Counted from the first letter of the stretch, positions 9,983-21,290 are shown. The stretch is DNA of 64,000 nt from Alphaproteobacteria bacterium (GCA_963555825.3 CAUVXB020000002.1:992001-1056000), one strand, 5' to 3'. Notes: generated by a model not told the origin, from the sequence alone. A program made the numbers and translations.

Positions 9983-12358
9983 ATGGCCGAGCAGCGAGCC
10001 GCCGAAAACATCAAGTTCCTGGACTCGGACGTGCCCGAATTCTCGGCCGAGGCGGCGGCCGAAGTGGCGCGCGAGCTCTACGGCGTCGAAGGCGAATTCA
10101 AGCGGCTCTACAGCGAGCGCGACCAGAACTACCGCATCCGCCAGGCCGACGGCGCGACTTGCGTGCTCAAGTTCGCCAACAGCGAGGAGGATCCGGGCGT
10201 CCTCGACCTGCAGCACCAGGCGCTGATCCATATCGAAGGGCGCGACCCCGACCTGCCTGTGCCGCGCGTCATCCGCTCCCTGGCCGGCGATCTCTCGGGC
10301 ACGGTCGACGGCCCCGACGGGCGCAGTCACATCGTTCGCCTGTTGAGCTATATGCCGGGGATCGATTTGGCCGAGGTCGCCCAGACGGCCGAGCTTTACC
10401 GCAATCTGGGCGCCACCGTGGCGCGGCTCGACCTGGCATTGCGCGGCTTCTTCCACCCGGCCGCCGATCACGTGCTGCTGTGGGACCTGAAGCGCGCGCC
10501 CGAGCTGCGCCGCAACACCGACGCGATCGCCGACGCCGGACTGCGCGCGCGCATCGAGGCCGTGCTCGATCATTTTACCGACGACGTGCTGCCCCGCCTC
10601 GGCGGCCTGCGCGGCCAGATCATCCACAACGACGCCAACGCGGGCAACGTGCTGGTCGCCGAGGACGACCACGAGCGCATCGCCGGCATCATCGACTACG
10701 GCGACATGGTGCACGGCGCGTTGATCCTCGATCTCGCCATGGCGGCGGCCGGTGTCACGCATCACACCGACGACCCGGTCGCGGCGATCTGCGACGTCGC
10801 AGCCGGCTACGACGCCGTGCTGCCGCTCGAGGCCGAGGAGATCGACCTGTTGTACGATCTGGTGGTCACGCGGGTGGCGGTCGAATACGTCATCTGCAAT
10901 TGGCGCATCGTCAACCCGACCAGCAGCGACATCCGGCACCTGATCGACTTCGTCGGGCCGTTCGAGAAAGCGTTCGAGCACCTGCTCGGGGTGGGCCGGG
11001 CGGCGGCGCGCGATCGGCTGCGCCGGACTTGCCAGTTTCCGCCCTATTGCCCGCCGACCGAAGAGCCAGACGAGAACGCCGACGCGGTGCTCGACGAATT
11101 GCTCGAGCGACGCCACCGGCTGCTCGGGCCGAAGCAGTTCCTGTTCTACGAGCGGCCCATCCACGTCGTCCGCGGCGAAGGCGTCTGGCTCTATTCGGCG
11201 ACCGGGCGGCGCTATCTCGACGCCTACAACAACGTGACCCACGTTGGCCACTCGCACCCCCACGTCCTGCGCGCGATTTCGCGCCAGTACGCGGCGCTGT
11301 GCACCAACACGCGCTACGTCTACCGCAACATCCTGGACTACGCCGAGCGCCTGGCGGCGACGCTGCCCGGCGGCCCGCGTGTCTGCGTCTTCGTCAATTC
11401 GGGCAGCGAGGCGAACGACATCGCCTGGCGCATGGCCAAGATGCACACCGGCAAGACCGGCGCGATCGTGCTGGAGGGCGCCTATCACGGCGGCACCGAT
11501 GCGATCGACGCATTCTCGCCGGGCGATCTGCCGGCCGACAAGATCGCTGCGCACATCCGGACCATCGCCACGCCCGACACCTACCGGGGCGAATTCCACG
11601 GCGCCGACGCGGCCGGGCGCTATGCCGCCGACGCCGACCGCGCGATCGCCGCGCTCGACCAGGCCGGCCTGGGCGTCGGCGCGGTGATGTTCGACACCTC
11701 GTTCGTCAACCACGGCGTCATCGACGTGCCCGAAGGCTATCTCAAGGCCGTCGTCGACAAGGTGCGGGCGGCCGGCGGCGTCTTCATCGCCGACGAGGTG
11801 CAGGCCGGCTTCGGCCGCATGGGCAGCCACATGTGGGGCTGCCAATCGCACGGCGTCGAGGCCGAAATCCTGACCCTCGGCAAACCGATCGGCAATGGTT
11901 TCGCGCTCGGCGCGATCATCACGACGCCCGAGATCCTGGCGTCGTTCACCGCGGACACGGGCTACTTCTCGACCTTCGGCGGCAACCCGGTGGCCTGCGC
12001 CGCCGGCTCGGCCGTGCTCGACGTCATCGAGCGCGAGGACCTGCTCGCCAACGCGCGCGACGTCGGCGCCTATCTGCGCGAGGGCATCCGCCAGATCGGC
12101 CAGAAGCACGCCATCGTCGGCGACGTGCGCGGCGCCGGCATGCTGGCGGGCGTCGAACTGGTGCGCGACCCAGCGACGCTGGAACCGGCGCGCGCCGAGA
12201 CCAAGCGTCTGCTGGACCTGATGAAGGACAACGGCGTGCTGGTCGGCCGCGAGGGGACGCACAGGAACGTGCTCAAGATTCGCCCGTCGATGGTCTTCAA
12301 ACGCGACAACGCCGATCAGCTGGTCGACGCGCTCGACCGGTCGCTCGCCGAACTCTGA
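9983..12358 (+). CDS. Fusion of APH-type phosphotransferase (hydroxylysine kinase-like) and class III PLP aminotransferase / phospho-lyase
   Basis: SERDQN, IIHNDAN, GIIDYGD then [29 protein letters not shown]. Confidence 0.9.
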   Translation: MAEQRAAENIKFLDSDVPEFSAEAAAEVARELYGVEGEFKRLYSERDQNYRIRQADGATCVLKFANSEEDPGVLDLQHQALIHIEGRDPDLPVPRVIRSLAGDLSGTVDGPDGRSHIVRLLSYMPGIDLAEVAQTAELYRNLGATVARLDLALRGFFHPAADHVLLWDLKRAPELRRNTDAIADAGLRARIEAVLDHFTDDVLPRLGGLRGQIIHNDANAGNVLVAEDDHERIAGIIDYGDMVHGALILDLAMAAAGVTHHTDDPVAAICDVAAGYDAVLPLEAEEIDLLYDLVVTRVAVEYVICNWRIVNPTSSDIRHLIDFVGPFEKAFEHLLGVGRAAARDRLRRTCQFPPYCPPTEEPDENADAVLDELLERRHRLLGPKQFLFYERPIHVVRGEGVWLYSATGRRYLDAYNNVTHVGHSHPHVLRAISRQYAALCTNTRYVYRNILDYAERLAATLPGGPRVCVFVNSGSEANDIAWRMAKMHTGKTGAIVLEGAYHGGTDAIDAFSPGDLPADKIAAHIRTIATPDTYRGEFHGADAAGRYAADADRAIAALDQAGLGVGAVMFDTSFVNHGVIDVPEGYLKAVVDKVRAAGGVFIADEVQAGFGRMGSHMWGCQSHGVEAEILTLGKPIGNGFALGAIITTPEILASFTADTGYFSTFGGNPVACAAGSAVLDVIEREDLLANARDVGAYLREGIRQIGQKHAIVGDVRGAGMLAGVELVRDPATLEPARAETKRLLDLMKDNGVLVGREGTHRNVLKIRPSMVFKRDNADQLVDALDRSLAEL

Positions 12359-12367
12359 CGCCGGCCG

Positions 12368-13165
12368 GTGGTTCGCGCGCTCGTCCTCGTCGGCTTTGTT
12401 ATCTGCTTGCCGTCGACCGCAGCCCGCGCGCTCGATCTGGTCGAGGTGCCGGCCGGCGCCGTCGTCATGGGCGACCCGGCGGGCGAGGCGGATGAGACGG
12501 CGCGCGAAGTGGCGCTCGGTGCGTTCCGCCTGATGCGCCACGAGGCGACCAACGCCGAGTTCGCCGCCTTCGTCGCCGCCACCGGCCATGTCAGCTCGGC
12601 CGAGCGCTCGGGCAAGGCCTGGGTCTGGGACGGCCGCTGGAACCTGGTCGCCGGCGCCGAGTGGCGCCACCCCTTCGGCCCGGCGACGACGATCGCGGGC
12701 AAGGCCGACCACCCGGTGGTCCAGGTCAGCGTGCACGATGCGCGCGCCTTCTGCGCCTTCCACGGCCTGCGCCTGCCGACCGAGGCGGAATGGGAGCGCG
12801 CCGCGCGCGGCGAGCGCTGGCGCCGCTATCCGTGGGGCGACGGCGCGCCCGACATGGGCGGGATTAGGCGCGCCAACTTCGGCACGGTGCGCTGCTGCGC
12901 CGCCGACGCCGCCGACGGCTTCGCCAAGACCGCGCCGGTCGGCCGATTCCGGGCGGGCGACTCGCCCTTCGGCCTCGCCGACATGGCGGGCAACGTCTGG
13001 GAATGGACCGCGACGCTGCTGGCGGGCGACCCCAAAAGGGTCATCCTCAAGGGCGGCGGTTGGGGCAACGACCCCTATTGCCTGCGCATCGGCTATCACC
13101 ACACCAACCCGCCCGGCATCGGCCTCGACATGGTCGGCTTGCGCTGCGCGGGCGACGTAAACTAG
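12368..13165 (+). CDS. Formylglycine-generating-enzyme (SUMF1/EgtB/PvdO) family protein, probably exported
   Basis: Signal-like N-terminus, HPVVQVS, RLPTEAEWERAARG, DMAGNVWEW, GLRCA. Confidence 0.9.
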   Translation: MVRALVLVGFVICLPSTAARALDLVEVPAGAVVMGDPAGEADETAREVALGAFRLMRHEATNAEFAAFVAATGHVSSAERSGKAWVWDGRWNLVAGAEWRHPFGPATTIAGKADHPVVQVSVHDARAFCAFHGLRLPTEAEWERAARGERWRRYPWGDGAPDMGGIRRANFGTVRCCAADAADGFAKTAPVGRFRAGDSPFGLADMAGNVWEWTATLLAGDPKRVILKGGGWGNDPYCLRIGYHHTNPPGIGLDMVGLRCAGDVN

Positions 13166-13180
13166 GCCCGATCGACGATC

Positions 13181-13286
13181 TGTAATTAATGGGTGTAATT
13201 AACGGGTGTAATTAATGGGGTCAGATACCATTTATAGATTTGATTTATCGTCATAAAATAGAAATTAATGGTGTCTGACCCCATTA
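13181..13286. repeat. AT-rich REP-like element: 3 x 13-bp tandem repeat plus 20-bp inverted repeat
   Basis: tgtaattaa(t/c)ggg x3 (13181-13219); taatggggtcagataccatt (13213-13232) / aatggtgtctgaccccatta (13267-13286); lies between convergent genes. Confidence 0.8.
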
Positions 13287-13347
13287 TTGAATACGCTGGC
13301 ATGGCTGGCTTACCCGCGCGGCGTGGGCGGGGCGGCTTCGGCGGCGG

Positions 13348-14571
13348 TTATGCCTTGACGCCGGCGCCCGTCGCCGGCGGCGCGTCGGGGTCGAGTGGCC
13401 AGCGGCCGCGCGGCGGCGCGTCGAGCGCATCGGTCAGGCCGAGCGCGAGCCGCTCGATGCCGGCCCAGGCGATCATCGCGGCGTTGTCGGTGCACAGCTC
13501 GGGCGGCGGCGCGACCAGCGTGAAGCCGTGTGCGTCGGCCACCGTGGCGAGCCGTGCGCGGAGCGCCTGGTTGGCGGCGACGCCACCGGCGACGACCAGC
13601 ACGTCGCCGGCCGGCAAGCGTTCGCCGAACAGCGCGATGGCGTTGGCCGTGCGGTCGGCGAGCACGTCGGCGACCGCCGCCTGGAAGCCGGCGCAGAGAT
13701 CGGCGACGTCTTGAGCGGCGAGCCGGCCCGCGCCCACCGTCTCGACCGCGTGGCGCACGGCGGTCTTGAGGCCCGAGAACGAGAAGTCGCAGCCCGGCCG
13801 GCCCTTGAGCGGGCGCGGCAGCTTGAATCGCGTGGCGTCGCCCGCGAGCGCCGCGCGTTCGACCGCCGGGCCGCCCGGAAAGCCGAGGCCGAGCAGTTTG
13901 GCGGTCTTGTCGTAGGCCTCGCCGACGGCGTCGTCGTAGGTCGTGCCGAGGCGCGCGTAGCGGCCGACGCCCTCGACCGCGAGCAGTTGGCAATGGCCGC
14001 CCGAGACGAGCAGCAGCAGATAGGGGAAGGCGACGTCGTCGGTCAGCCGCGCGGTCAGCGCGTGGCCCTCGAGATGGTTGACCGCGATCAGCGGCACGCC
14101 GGCGACCGCGGCGATCGCCTTGCCGGTCATCAGGCCGACCAAGACGCCGCCGATCAGGCCGGGCCCCGCCGTGGCGGCGACCGCGTCGAGCGCGTCGAAA
14201 CGTAAGCCGGCCTCGTCGAGCGCCTCGGCGACCAACCGGTCGACGTGCTCGACATGGGCGCGGGCGGCGATCTCGGGCACGACGCCGCCGTAACGGGCGT
14301 GCGCGTCGGCCTGGCCGCGCACGCGGCTCGCCAGCACGCGGCGGTCGGCGCGCACGATCGCGGCGCAGGTCTCGTCGCAGCTCGTCTCGATGCCGAGCAC
14401 GATCGGCGCCCCGGCGTCGTCGTCAGCGAGTTCGCCGCGAGCCGCCCGCTCGGTCGCTCGGCTGTCGGCCCGGCTGTAGGCATCGGCGCTCTGGTGGCGC
14501 TTGTGGCCCAATGCATAGCGCGCGCGCCAGCTCGGGTCGCGCGGTGTGGCCGGCGTGCGTTTGCGCGCCAT
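13348..14571 (-). CDS. tsaD: tRNA N6-threonylcarbamoyladenosine biosynthesis protein TsaD (start uncertain)
   Basis: [58 protein letters not shown]. Confidence 0.95.
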   Translation of the reverse strand: MARKRTPATPRDPSWRARYALGHKRHQSADAYSRADSRATERAARGELADDDAGAPIVLGIETSCDETCAAIVRADRRVLASRVRGQADAHARYGGVVPEIAARAHVEHVDRLVAEALDEAGLRFDALDAVAATAGPGLIGGVLVGLMTGKAIAAVAGVPLIAVNHLEGHALTARLTDDVAFPYLLLLVSGGHCQLLAVEGVGRYARLGTTYDDAVGEAYDKTAKLLGLGFPGGPAVERAALAGDATRFKLPRPLKGRPGCDFSFSGLKTAVRHAVETVGAGRLAAQDVADLCAGFQAAVADVLADRTANAIALFGERLPAGDVLVVAGGVAANQALRARLATVADAHGFTLVAPPPELCTDNAAMIAWAGIERLALGLTDALDAPPRGRWPLDPDAPPATGAGVKA

Positions 14572-14664
14572 GTCGACGGTCCTCGTTGGCTGATCCTTCG
14601 GTACGACCCGTTGAGGCGCGATGAACCACTTTCCTTGTCGCGGCGCAAGGGGTAGAGCTTGGCC

Positions 14665-15609
14665 ATGTCCAATTCGCAGACAGTGCGCATCGGCACGCGC
14701 GGCAGTCCGCTGGCGCTGATCCAGGCGGGCGAAGTGCGTGATCGGCTGATCGCGGCGCACCCCGCGCTCGCCGCGCCCGACGCCGTCGTCATCGAGATCA
14801 TCCGCACGACCGGCGATCGGGTGCGCGACCGCGCGCTCGCCGAGATCGGCGGCAAGGGGCTGTTCACCAAGGAGATCGAGCAGGCGCTCGACGACGACCG
14901 CATCGACATGGCGGTCCATTCGATGAAGGACGTGCCGACCTGGCTGCCCGACGGCCTGGTCATCGATTGCCTGCTGCCGCGCGCCGACCCGCGCGACGCG
15001 CTGATCGCCAATGGCGCGGTGTCGATCGCCGGTCTGGCCGAGCGCGCCGTCGTCGGCTCGGCTTCGGTGCGCCGCGCCGCCCAGCTCAAGCGTCACCGGC
15101 CCGACCTCGAGATCGTGCTCATGCGCGGCAATGTCGACACGCGCCTGCGAAAACTCGCCGACGGCGAGGTCGACGCCACCCTGCTCGCGCTCGCCGGCCT
15201 CGACCGGCTCGGCGTCACCGCTGAGACCGGCGCCGTCGCGCTCGAGCCGGACGAGATGCTGCCGGCGGTCGCCCAGGGCGCGATCGGCGTCGAGTGCCGC
15301 GAGGGCGACGCGCGGGCCCGTGAAATGCTCGCCGCGATCAACGATCAGGCCTGCGCCACCCAGGTGGCCTGCGAGCGTGCGCTGCTCGCCGCGCTCGACG
15401 GCTCCTGCCGCACGCCGATCGCCGGTCTAGCCGCGCTCGACGGCGGCGGCGGCCTCACGCTGCGCGCCCTGGTCGCCAAACTCGACGGCAGCGCGGTCCA
15501 CGAGACGTCGCGGACCGGCGCGGCCGCCGACGCGCTGGCGATCGGCACCGATGCGGGACGCGAGCTGCTCGCCATCGCCGGCCCCGGCTTCCTCGACCAT
15601 CTGGGTTAG
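14665..15609 (+). CDS. hemC: Hydroxymethylbilane synthase
   Basis: [42 protein letters not shown]. Confidence 0.97.
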   Translation: MSNSQTVRIGTRGSPLALIQAGEVRDRLIAAHPALAAPDAVVIEIIRTTGDRVRDRALAEIGGKGLFTKEIEQALDDDRIDMAVHSMKDVPTWLPDGLVIDCLLPRADPRDALIANGAVSIAGLAERAVVGSASVRRAAQLKRHRPDLEIVLMRGNVDTRLRKLADGEVDATLLALAGLDRLGVTAETGAVALEPDEMLPAVAQGAIGVECREGDARAREMLAAINDQACATQVACERALLAALDGSCRTPIAGLAALDGGGGLTLRALVAKLDGSAVHETSRTGAAADALAIGTDAGRELLAIAGPGFLDHLG

Positions 15610-15624
15610 CGCGGCCGTTCCGCC

Positions 15625-16323
15625 ATGCGCGTGATGATCACCCGACCCCGCGAGGACGCCCGGCCGCTCGCCGAGGCGCTCGCGGCGCGCGGCGTCGAGG
15701 CGCTGATCGAACCGCTGCTCGAGATCGTGCCCGTGCCCGGCGCGCAGCTCGACCTCGCCGGCGTCCAGGCGGTGTTGCTGACCAGCGCCAACGGTGCGCG
15801 CGCGCTGACCGCCGCGACCGGGGCGCGCGACGTCACGGTGCTCGCGGTCGGCGCGGCGACGGCGACGGCGGCGGTGGGCTTCGCGCGCGTCGAGGCGGCC
15901 GGCGGCGACGTCGCCGCCTTGGCCGATCTCGCCGCGAGCGTATGCGACCCGGCCGCCGGCCCGTTGGTCCACGTCGCGGGCAGCCATGTCGCCGGCGACC
16001 TGGCCGGCCGGCTGACCGAGCGCGGCTTCACGCTGCGTCGCGAAACGCTTTACACGGCCGAGCGTGCCGCGGCGTTGAGCGATGCCGCGGTGGCGGCGCT
16101 GCGCCAGGGCGCCCTCGACGCGGTGCTCTTATTTTCTCCCCGCACCGCGGGCAGCTTTGTTACGCTGGTGGCGCGGGCCGGCGTGACGGCGGACCTCGCG
16201 CGCGTCCGGGCGCTGTGCCTGAGCGTGGCGGTCGCCGAGGCGGCGGGAACGGTGGCGTGGCGCGCGCTCGACGTCGCGGTGCGACCCGACCAGGAGGCGC
16301 TGCTCGCGCTCGTCGCCGGCTAG
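15625..16323 (+). CDS. hemD: Uroporphyrinogen-III synthase
   Basis: ITRP, LTSANG, AVGAATA, FSPRTA; follows hemC. Confidence 0.92.
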   Translation: MRVMITRPREDARPLAEALAARGVEALIEPLLEIVPVPGAQLDLAGVQAVLLTSANGARALTAATGARDVTVLAVGAATATAAVGFARVEAAGGDVAALADLAASVCDPAAGPLVHVAGSHVAGDLAGRLTERGFTLRRETLYTAERAAALSDAAVAALRQGALDAVLLFSPRTAGSFVTLVARAGVTADLARVRALCLSVAVAEAAGTVAWRALDVAVRPDQEALLALVAG

Positions 16324-16355
16324 CCGGCGCTCGACAGGCTGTGGGATGGAGCGGA

Positions 16356-17480
16356 ATGGCGCGGCGGCAGACCAGCAAGGCCGAATCGGCCGACGACACG
16401 ACGGCATCGCCGGCCGAACCGGCCGGCGCGGATGACGGCGCCAAGGCCGCAGCCACGCCGTCGAGACCGTTCAAGATCAAGTTCGGCGCCGCCGGCGTGG
16501 TCTGGCTCATCGCCGTCGCGCTTCTGATCGGTGGCGGCAGTTATCTCACTTGGCCCTACCTGACGGGCGTCACCGCACCGCCCCCCGAGACCGCGGGCCC
16601 AAGCGAGGCCGAGCAGCGCCTCGCGGCGCTCGAGACGGCGCTCGCGGGGCTCGGCGACGATCTCGCGGCCCGTGATCCGGCGGTGCGTCTCGCGGCGCTC
16701 GCGGATACGCTCGCCACGCTCGACGCGAGGGTCGCGGCGCTCGGCGCCCGGCTCGCCGCGATCGAGACCACGCCGCCGGCCGATGACGGCCTCGCCGACC
16801 GCTTGGCCGCGGTCGAGGATACCCTGGCCGCGACGCCCGTGGCCAGCGAACAGGCGGTCGCCGACGCCGCCCGGCGTCTGACGGCGATGGCCAACGGCTT
16901 GGCCGACCGGCTCGATGCGATCGAGGCGCGGCTCGAAGGCTCGGGCGGCGCGGCGACGATGCTCACCGACATCGGCGAGCTGCGCGAGGCGTTGCTTACA
17001 GCCGCCCCTTACGCCGCCGTGCTCGCCGCTGTCGAGGCCCGCGCGGGTGACGATCCGGCCATCGCCGAAGCGCTTGCAAACCTCGCCAGCCACGCTGCAA
17101 CAGGCGTGCCGACTGTCGCCAAGCTGCGCGCCGAGTTCGTCGGCCTCGCGCCGGCCATCGTGCGCGCCGCGAAGGCGCCCGAGGAAGGCTCGTGGGTCGA
17201 CCAGACCGTGGCGAACCTCCAGGCACTGTGGACCGTGCGCTGCGTCGGCGAGGCCGCCCAGTGCGACACCGCGACCGAGGCGATCGTCGCGCACGCCGAG
17301 GCGAAGCTCGACGACGACGAACTGGCCGATGCGATCGAGGCGATCGAGGCCCTCGAAGGCGGCTCCGCCGCGACCGCGGCCGACTGGCTCGCTCGGGCGC
17401 GGGCGCGTCTCGACGCCGAGGCCGCGCTTGTGACGCTCGACACCCGCGCCATCGCCGCGCTCCACGGCACCGACGGCTGA
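16356..17480 (+). CDS. COG4223 / mitofilin (alpha-Mic60)-like membrane-anchored coiled-coil protein
   Basis: Single N-terminal TM, long coiled coil, GVPT..LR..F and WL..AR.R motifs; position between hemD and hemY. Confidence 0.8.
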   Translation: MARRQTSKAESADDTTASPAEPAGADDGAKAAATPSRPFKIKFGAAGVVWLIAVALLIGGGSYLTWPYLTGVTAPPPETAGPSEAEQRLAALETALAGLGDDLAARDPAVRLAALADTLATLDARVAALGARLAAIETTPPADDGLADRLAAVEDTLAATPVASEQAVADAARRLTAMANGLADRLDAIEARLEGSGGAATMLTDIGELREALLTAAPYAAVLAAVEARAGDDPAIAEALANLASHAATGVPTVAKLRAEFVGLAPAIVRAAKAPEEGSWVDQTVANLQALWTVRCVGEAAQCDTATEAIVAHAEAKLDDDELADAIEAIEALEGGSAATAADWLARARARLDAEAALVTLDTRAIAALHGTDG

Positions 17481-17488
17481 CGCCAGCC

Positions 17489-18892
17489 ATGCTGCGCGTC
17501 CTCTATTTCGTTTTCGTCGTCGCGCTCGCCACCCTGGCGGCGCTTTGGCTCGTTGACCTGCCCGACGCAGTCACCATCGACGGACCCGACTATCAGCTGA
17601 CCACGTCGCTGTCGGTGCTGATCGTCGCGGTCGCCGCGATCGCCGTCGTCTGGGCGCTGGTCTATCACGTTTGGCGCTGGCTGCGCGGCGGGCCACGACG
17701 CATCGCCGCTGGTTGGTCGGCGCGCCGCCACGACCGCGGCTACCAGGCGCTGACCAAGGGCCTGGTCGCGATCGCCGCGGGCGACGCCAAGGCGGCGCAG
17801 CGCTTCGGCCGCGATTCGGGCCGCCTGCTCGACAACCCGCTGAACCTGCTGGTGCTGGCGCAATCGGCGCGGCTCACCGGCGACGAGACCGGCGCGCGGC
17901 GCCATTTCCAGGCCATGCTCGTGCATCCCGAGACCGAGTTCCTCGGCCTGCGCGGCCTGTTGGTGCAGGCGACCAACGCGGGTGACTGGGAAGCCGCGCT
18001 GGGCTATGCGCGGCGCGCCTACGCGCTCAGGCCCGAGACCGAATGGGTCGGCAACGCGCTGTTCGACCTCCAAGCCCGCGCCGGCGACTGGCGCGCGGCG
18101 CAGAAGACGCTCGAGGCGGCGGTCCGGCGCAAGCATGTCGCCGCTGGCCACGCGCCGCGCCGCCGCGCGGTATTGCTCGCCGAGCGCGCCCGCGCGGCCT
18201 ATGGCGACGGCGAGGAGGCCGCGGCGCTCGGCCTGGCGCGTGAGGCGCACAAGCTGGCGCCGTCGCTGACCGCCGCCGCGGCACTCGCCGCCGGGTTGCT
18301 GGCGAAAACGGGCAAGAAGCGCGCGGCGGCCAAGGTGATCGAGGCGGCGTGGCGCCTCGCGCCGCACGGCGAGTTGGCAGCCGCTTACGCCGCGCTCGGC
18401 GCCGGCGAGAGCGCGCTGGAGCGCGTCAAGCGCCTCGAGCGCCTGCACGCCCTCAACGCGGACCATCCCGAGAGCCACCTGGCGCTCGCCCAAGCCGCGC
18501 TCGACGCCGAGCTCTGGGGCGCCGCGCGCAACCACCTGCTGGCGGCCGCCGACCGGCAACCGTCACAGTGCGTCTACCGCCTGCTGGCCACCGCCGAGGA
18601 GCGCGATTCGGGCAGCGCCGAGGCGGTGCGCAACTGGCTGATGAGCGCCGCCTCGGCGCCGCCCGATCCGGCCTGGCTGTGCGACAAATGCGGCGACGCG
18701 GCGGCCGAATGGAGCGCGCGCTGCGAGGCCTGCGGCGCCTTCGACAGCTTAGGTTGGAAACTGCCGCCGACGCCCGCGCATCTCTCGGCGGCGCCGGTTA
18801 CCACGCCGCTGCCGCGCGCCGACGACGCACCGCTTCCGTCGGCCTCGATCGCGCCGCCGGGTGCCGTTGACGACATCGCGACGCGGGAGTAG
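17489..18892 (+). CDS. hemY: HemY_N / TPR protein with C-terminal CxxC...CxxC
   Basis: Two N-terminal TMs, FLGLRGL, PPDPAWLCDKCG...CEACGAFDSLGW. Confidence 0.88.
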   Translation: MLRVLYFVFVVALATLAALWLVDLPDAVTIDGPDYQLTTSLSVLIVAVAAIAVVWALVYHVWRWLRGGPRRIAAGWSARRHDRGYQALTKGLVAIAAGDAKAAQRFGRDSGRLLDNPLNLLVLAQSARLTGDETGARRHFQAMLVHPETEFLGLRGLLVQATNAGDWEAALGYARRAYALRPETEWVGNALFDLQARAGDWRAAQKTLEAAVRRKHVAAGHAPRRRAVLLAERARAAYGDGEEAAALGLAREAHKLAPSLTAAAALAAGLLAKTGKKRAAAKVIEAAWRLAPHGELAAAYAALGAGESALERVKRLERLHALNADHPESHLALAQAALDAELWGAARNHLLAAADRQPSQCVYRLLATAEERDSGSAEAVRNWLMSAASAPPDPAWLCDKCGDAAAEWSARCEACGAFDSLGWKLPPTPAHLSAAPVTTPLPRADDAPLPSASIAPPGAVDDIATRE

Positions 18893-18904
18893 CTTGGCGC
18901 CCGT

Positions 18905-18979
<75 letters not shown>

Positions 18980-19335
18980 TATTTTTCAATAGGTTACGTG
19001 AATCTCTTCTTCACCATCTTTTGACCGAGTGACCTTAAAGTGAGCTGACTATTTCACTTCACAGGTCGCTCACATACTCATTTTGTCGACCGGCTCGGGC
19101 GGCTCCTTCCGAACGAAATTGTGATTTGGCAGGCTGTGTTGCGCCTGATCACCAAGACCAAACGCGTGCCTTACTCAGTTATCCAAGGGGGTAGCGTATG
19201 GGCCACCCGGGGGTCTATGGATACGTTTGTATGAACCGCGCTACGAGATCAATTATTTGGTTGGTACCATTGATCGGTCAAATTCGACGAATTCTCGGAC
19301 ATTGACGTTTAGTTTTCCGGCTGCCTCATTCCGAG

Positions 19336-19457
19336 GTCCGCTTTCGAGCGGTATGCCGACATGGAATGCCTTGTCCCGCGATCCAGTGTCTCTGAGGTCT
19401 GCTTACGAGTGGAAACCGGACATTGCAGCGTGGTTCGTCTAACGTCAGCTTCTAGCC
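19336..19457. repeat. Palindromic repeat array, block 1 (R1, R2, left half of R3)
   Basis: gtccgctttcgagcggtatgccgac 19336-19360; gtctgcttacgagtggaaaccggac 19397-19421; gtcagcttctagcc 19444-19457. Confidence 0.8.
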
Positions 19458-21037
19458 GAGGGTGTTGAAGAAGTTGTTCGATCGGTCGGGGTTGCTGTGA
19501 TTCCCTGCTTGTGATGATTTGAGCAGGGGATCGAAGCGATGATGGGCGAACCTGTTGGTCGACAAGACCGTCTATTCTATGCGTTCGATCTCGAGGCTAT
19601 GGTACCGGCCGATCATTTGTTGCGCCGGATCGATGCGGCTTTGGACCTGAGCTGGCTGCGCGGCGAGCTGAAGACCCATTACAGTCACCTGGGCTGCCCG
19701 TCGGTCTGTCCCGAGCTGATGGTCCGGATGCTGATTGTTGGCTACTGCCATTCGATCCGTTCGGAGCGGCGGCTGTGCCAGGAGGTGAAGGTGAACCTGG
19801 CGTACCGCTGGTTCTGCGGCTTAGGCTTGGAGGACAAGGTTCCCAACCATTCGACGTTTTCGGTGAACCGGCACGGCCGGTTCCGCGCGAGCGATCTGCT
19901 GCGCAAGGTCTTCGAGGATGTCGTGCGGCGCTGCATGACGGCGGGTCTGGTCGGTGGCGAGGGCTTTGCCGGGGACGCCTCGGTGATCGAGGCCAATGCC
20001 AGCCGTTATCAGCGCATCGAGGGCTCGGAGGTCGATTGGACGGCCGAGCAGCGAGCCAGTCGCCCGGTGAGTGAGTACCTGGCCGCGCTGGAGAGCGAGA
20101 ACCCGCCGACCGACCCCGTGCGCGAGCCCAAGGCGATGTCGCCGAGCGACCCCGCGGCGGCCTGGACGACGCGTGGGCGCGCCAAGGTGATGTTCGGCTA
20201 CAGCCTCAACTATCTGATCGACACCGGCCACGCCGTCATCGTCGATGTCGAGGCGACGCCGACGCGCATCTCGAAAGAAGTCGTGGCCACCGAGACGATG
20301 ATCGAGCGCACGCAAGAGCGCTTCGCGCTCAAGCCCGAGCGCCTGGCCGGCGATGTCGCCTATGGCACGGGCGAGATGCTCGGCTGGCTTCTCGACCATG
20401 ACATCGCGCCGCACATCCCGGTCTGGGACAAGAGCGAACGCGACGATGGCATCTTCTCACGGGCCGACTTCATCTACGACGAGGCGCGCGACCGCTACAT
20501 CTGTCCCGGCGGCAAGGCCTTGACGACCACCGGCAATCTCCACTCCGACAACACCTATCGCTATCGCGCCAGCAAGCGTGATTGCGACGCCTGCGCGCTG
20601 AAGCCGAGATGCTGTCCCGACACAGCGGCGCGCCGGGTCCCGCGCGAGGTGAACGAGGCGGCTCGTGACCACACCCGCGCCTTGATGGAGACCGAGGCTT
20701 ACGCGGCGTCGCGCACGGAACGTAAGAAGATCGAAAGGCTCTTCGGCGAGGCCAAGCACATTCTCTCGATGGTTCGCCTGCGATTGCGGGGCCTGACCGG
20801 CGCCCGCGACGAGTTCCTGCTGACCGCCACCGTCCAGAACCTGAGACGCCTCGTCAATCACACCACGAGACCGCCACCACGGCCCATGATGGCTTGATCC
20901 ATGCCGCAAAGCCTCATCCAACCAAGCCATAGGCGCAAAACCGCCTCGGCAGCGCGCCAAGGCGGAAACGAAAACATTTGCTGCTTCTATAAGCCGACAC
21001 CGGAACGCCGTTCCGATACGACTTCTTCAACACCCTC
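19458..21037 (+). mobile_element. IS1182-family insertion sequence (type 1)
   Basis: Perfect 17-bp IRs gagggtgttgaagaagt / acttcttcaacaccctc around a single transposase. Confidence 0.9.
19539..20897 (+). CDS. IS1182-family transposase
   Basis: VPADHLLRRID, SERRLCQEV..NLAYRWFCG, HSTFS..R, IERLFGEAK, TVQNLRRL. Confidence 0.92.
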   Translation: MMGEPVGRQDRLFYAFDLEAMVPADHLLRRIDAALDLSWLRGELKTHYSHLGCPSVCPELMVRMLIVGYCHSIRSERRLCQEVKVNLAYRWFCGLGLEDKVPNHSTFSVNRHGRFRASDLLRKVFEDVVRRCMTAGLVGGEGFAGDASVIEANASRYQRIEGSEVDWTAEQRASRPVSEYLAALESENPPTDPVREPKAMSPSDPAAAWTTRGRAKVMFGYSLNYLIDTGHAVIVDVEATPTRISKEVVATETMIERTQERFALKPERLAGDVAYGTGEMLGWLLDHDIAPHIPVWDKSERDDGIFSRADFIYDEARDRYICPGGKALTTTGNLHSDNTYRYRASKRDCDACALKPRCCPDTAARRVPREVNEAARDHTRALMETEAYAASRTERKKIERLFGEAKHILSMVRLRLRGLTGARDEFLLTATVQNLRRLVNHTTRPPPRPMMA

Positions 21038-21040
21038 GGC

Positions 21041-21290
21041 TATGTGTGGACGGCCCCGGTTTGGCAAGGGTTGTTTTGACGGTGATGCAAGTTGGTCGGG
21101 TGCGGCTATGTGTTCGGCCTGTTTGCGCGATACGACGATCGCTGGCCCTAATGCGATCCGCGGATCGGGTCCCAACTAAACCCACGAGCTCAGTGGCTCC
21201 GTAGCCAAGACGGGTTTCTCCGATCCCCGGTGTTCGACCGGTCTTGCATTACCTCACGATCACCCTGCCAAAGGGTTTAAGGCGTCTGTC
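21041..21290 (-). ncRNA. Predicted bridge/seek RNA region of IS1111 copy 1
   Basis: 250-nt non-coding end 3' of the transposase, nested stems, short matches to target and ends (ggcta, tagcc, taatg); inferred from family knowledge, limits approximate. Confidence 0.6.

Noticed and set aside
14665-18892. Mitofilin-like gene in a haem operon as a novelty
   Set aside because: hemC-hemD-alphaMic60-hemY synteny is already established in Alphaproteobacteria.
19227-19442. 71-aa ORF after tRNA-Thr
   Set aside because: It runs across repeats R1-R2, starts at TTG and has no recognisable motif; probably spurious.
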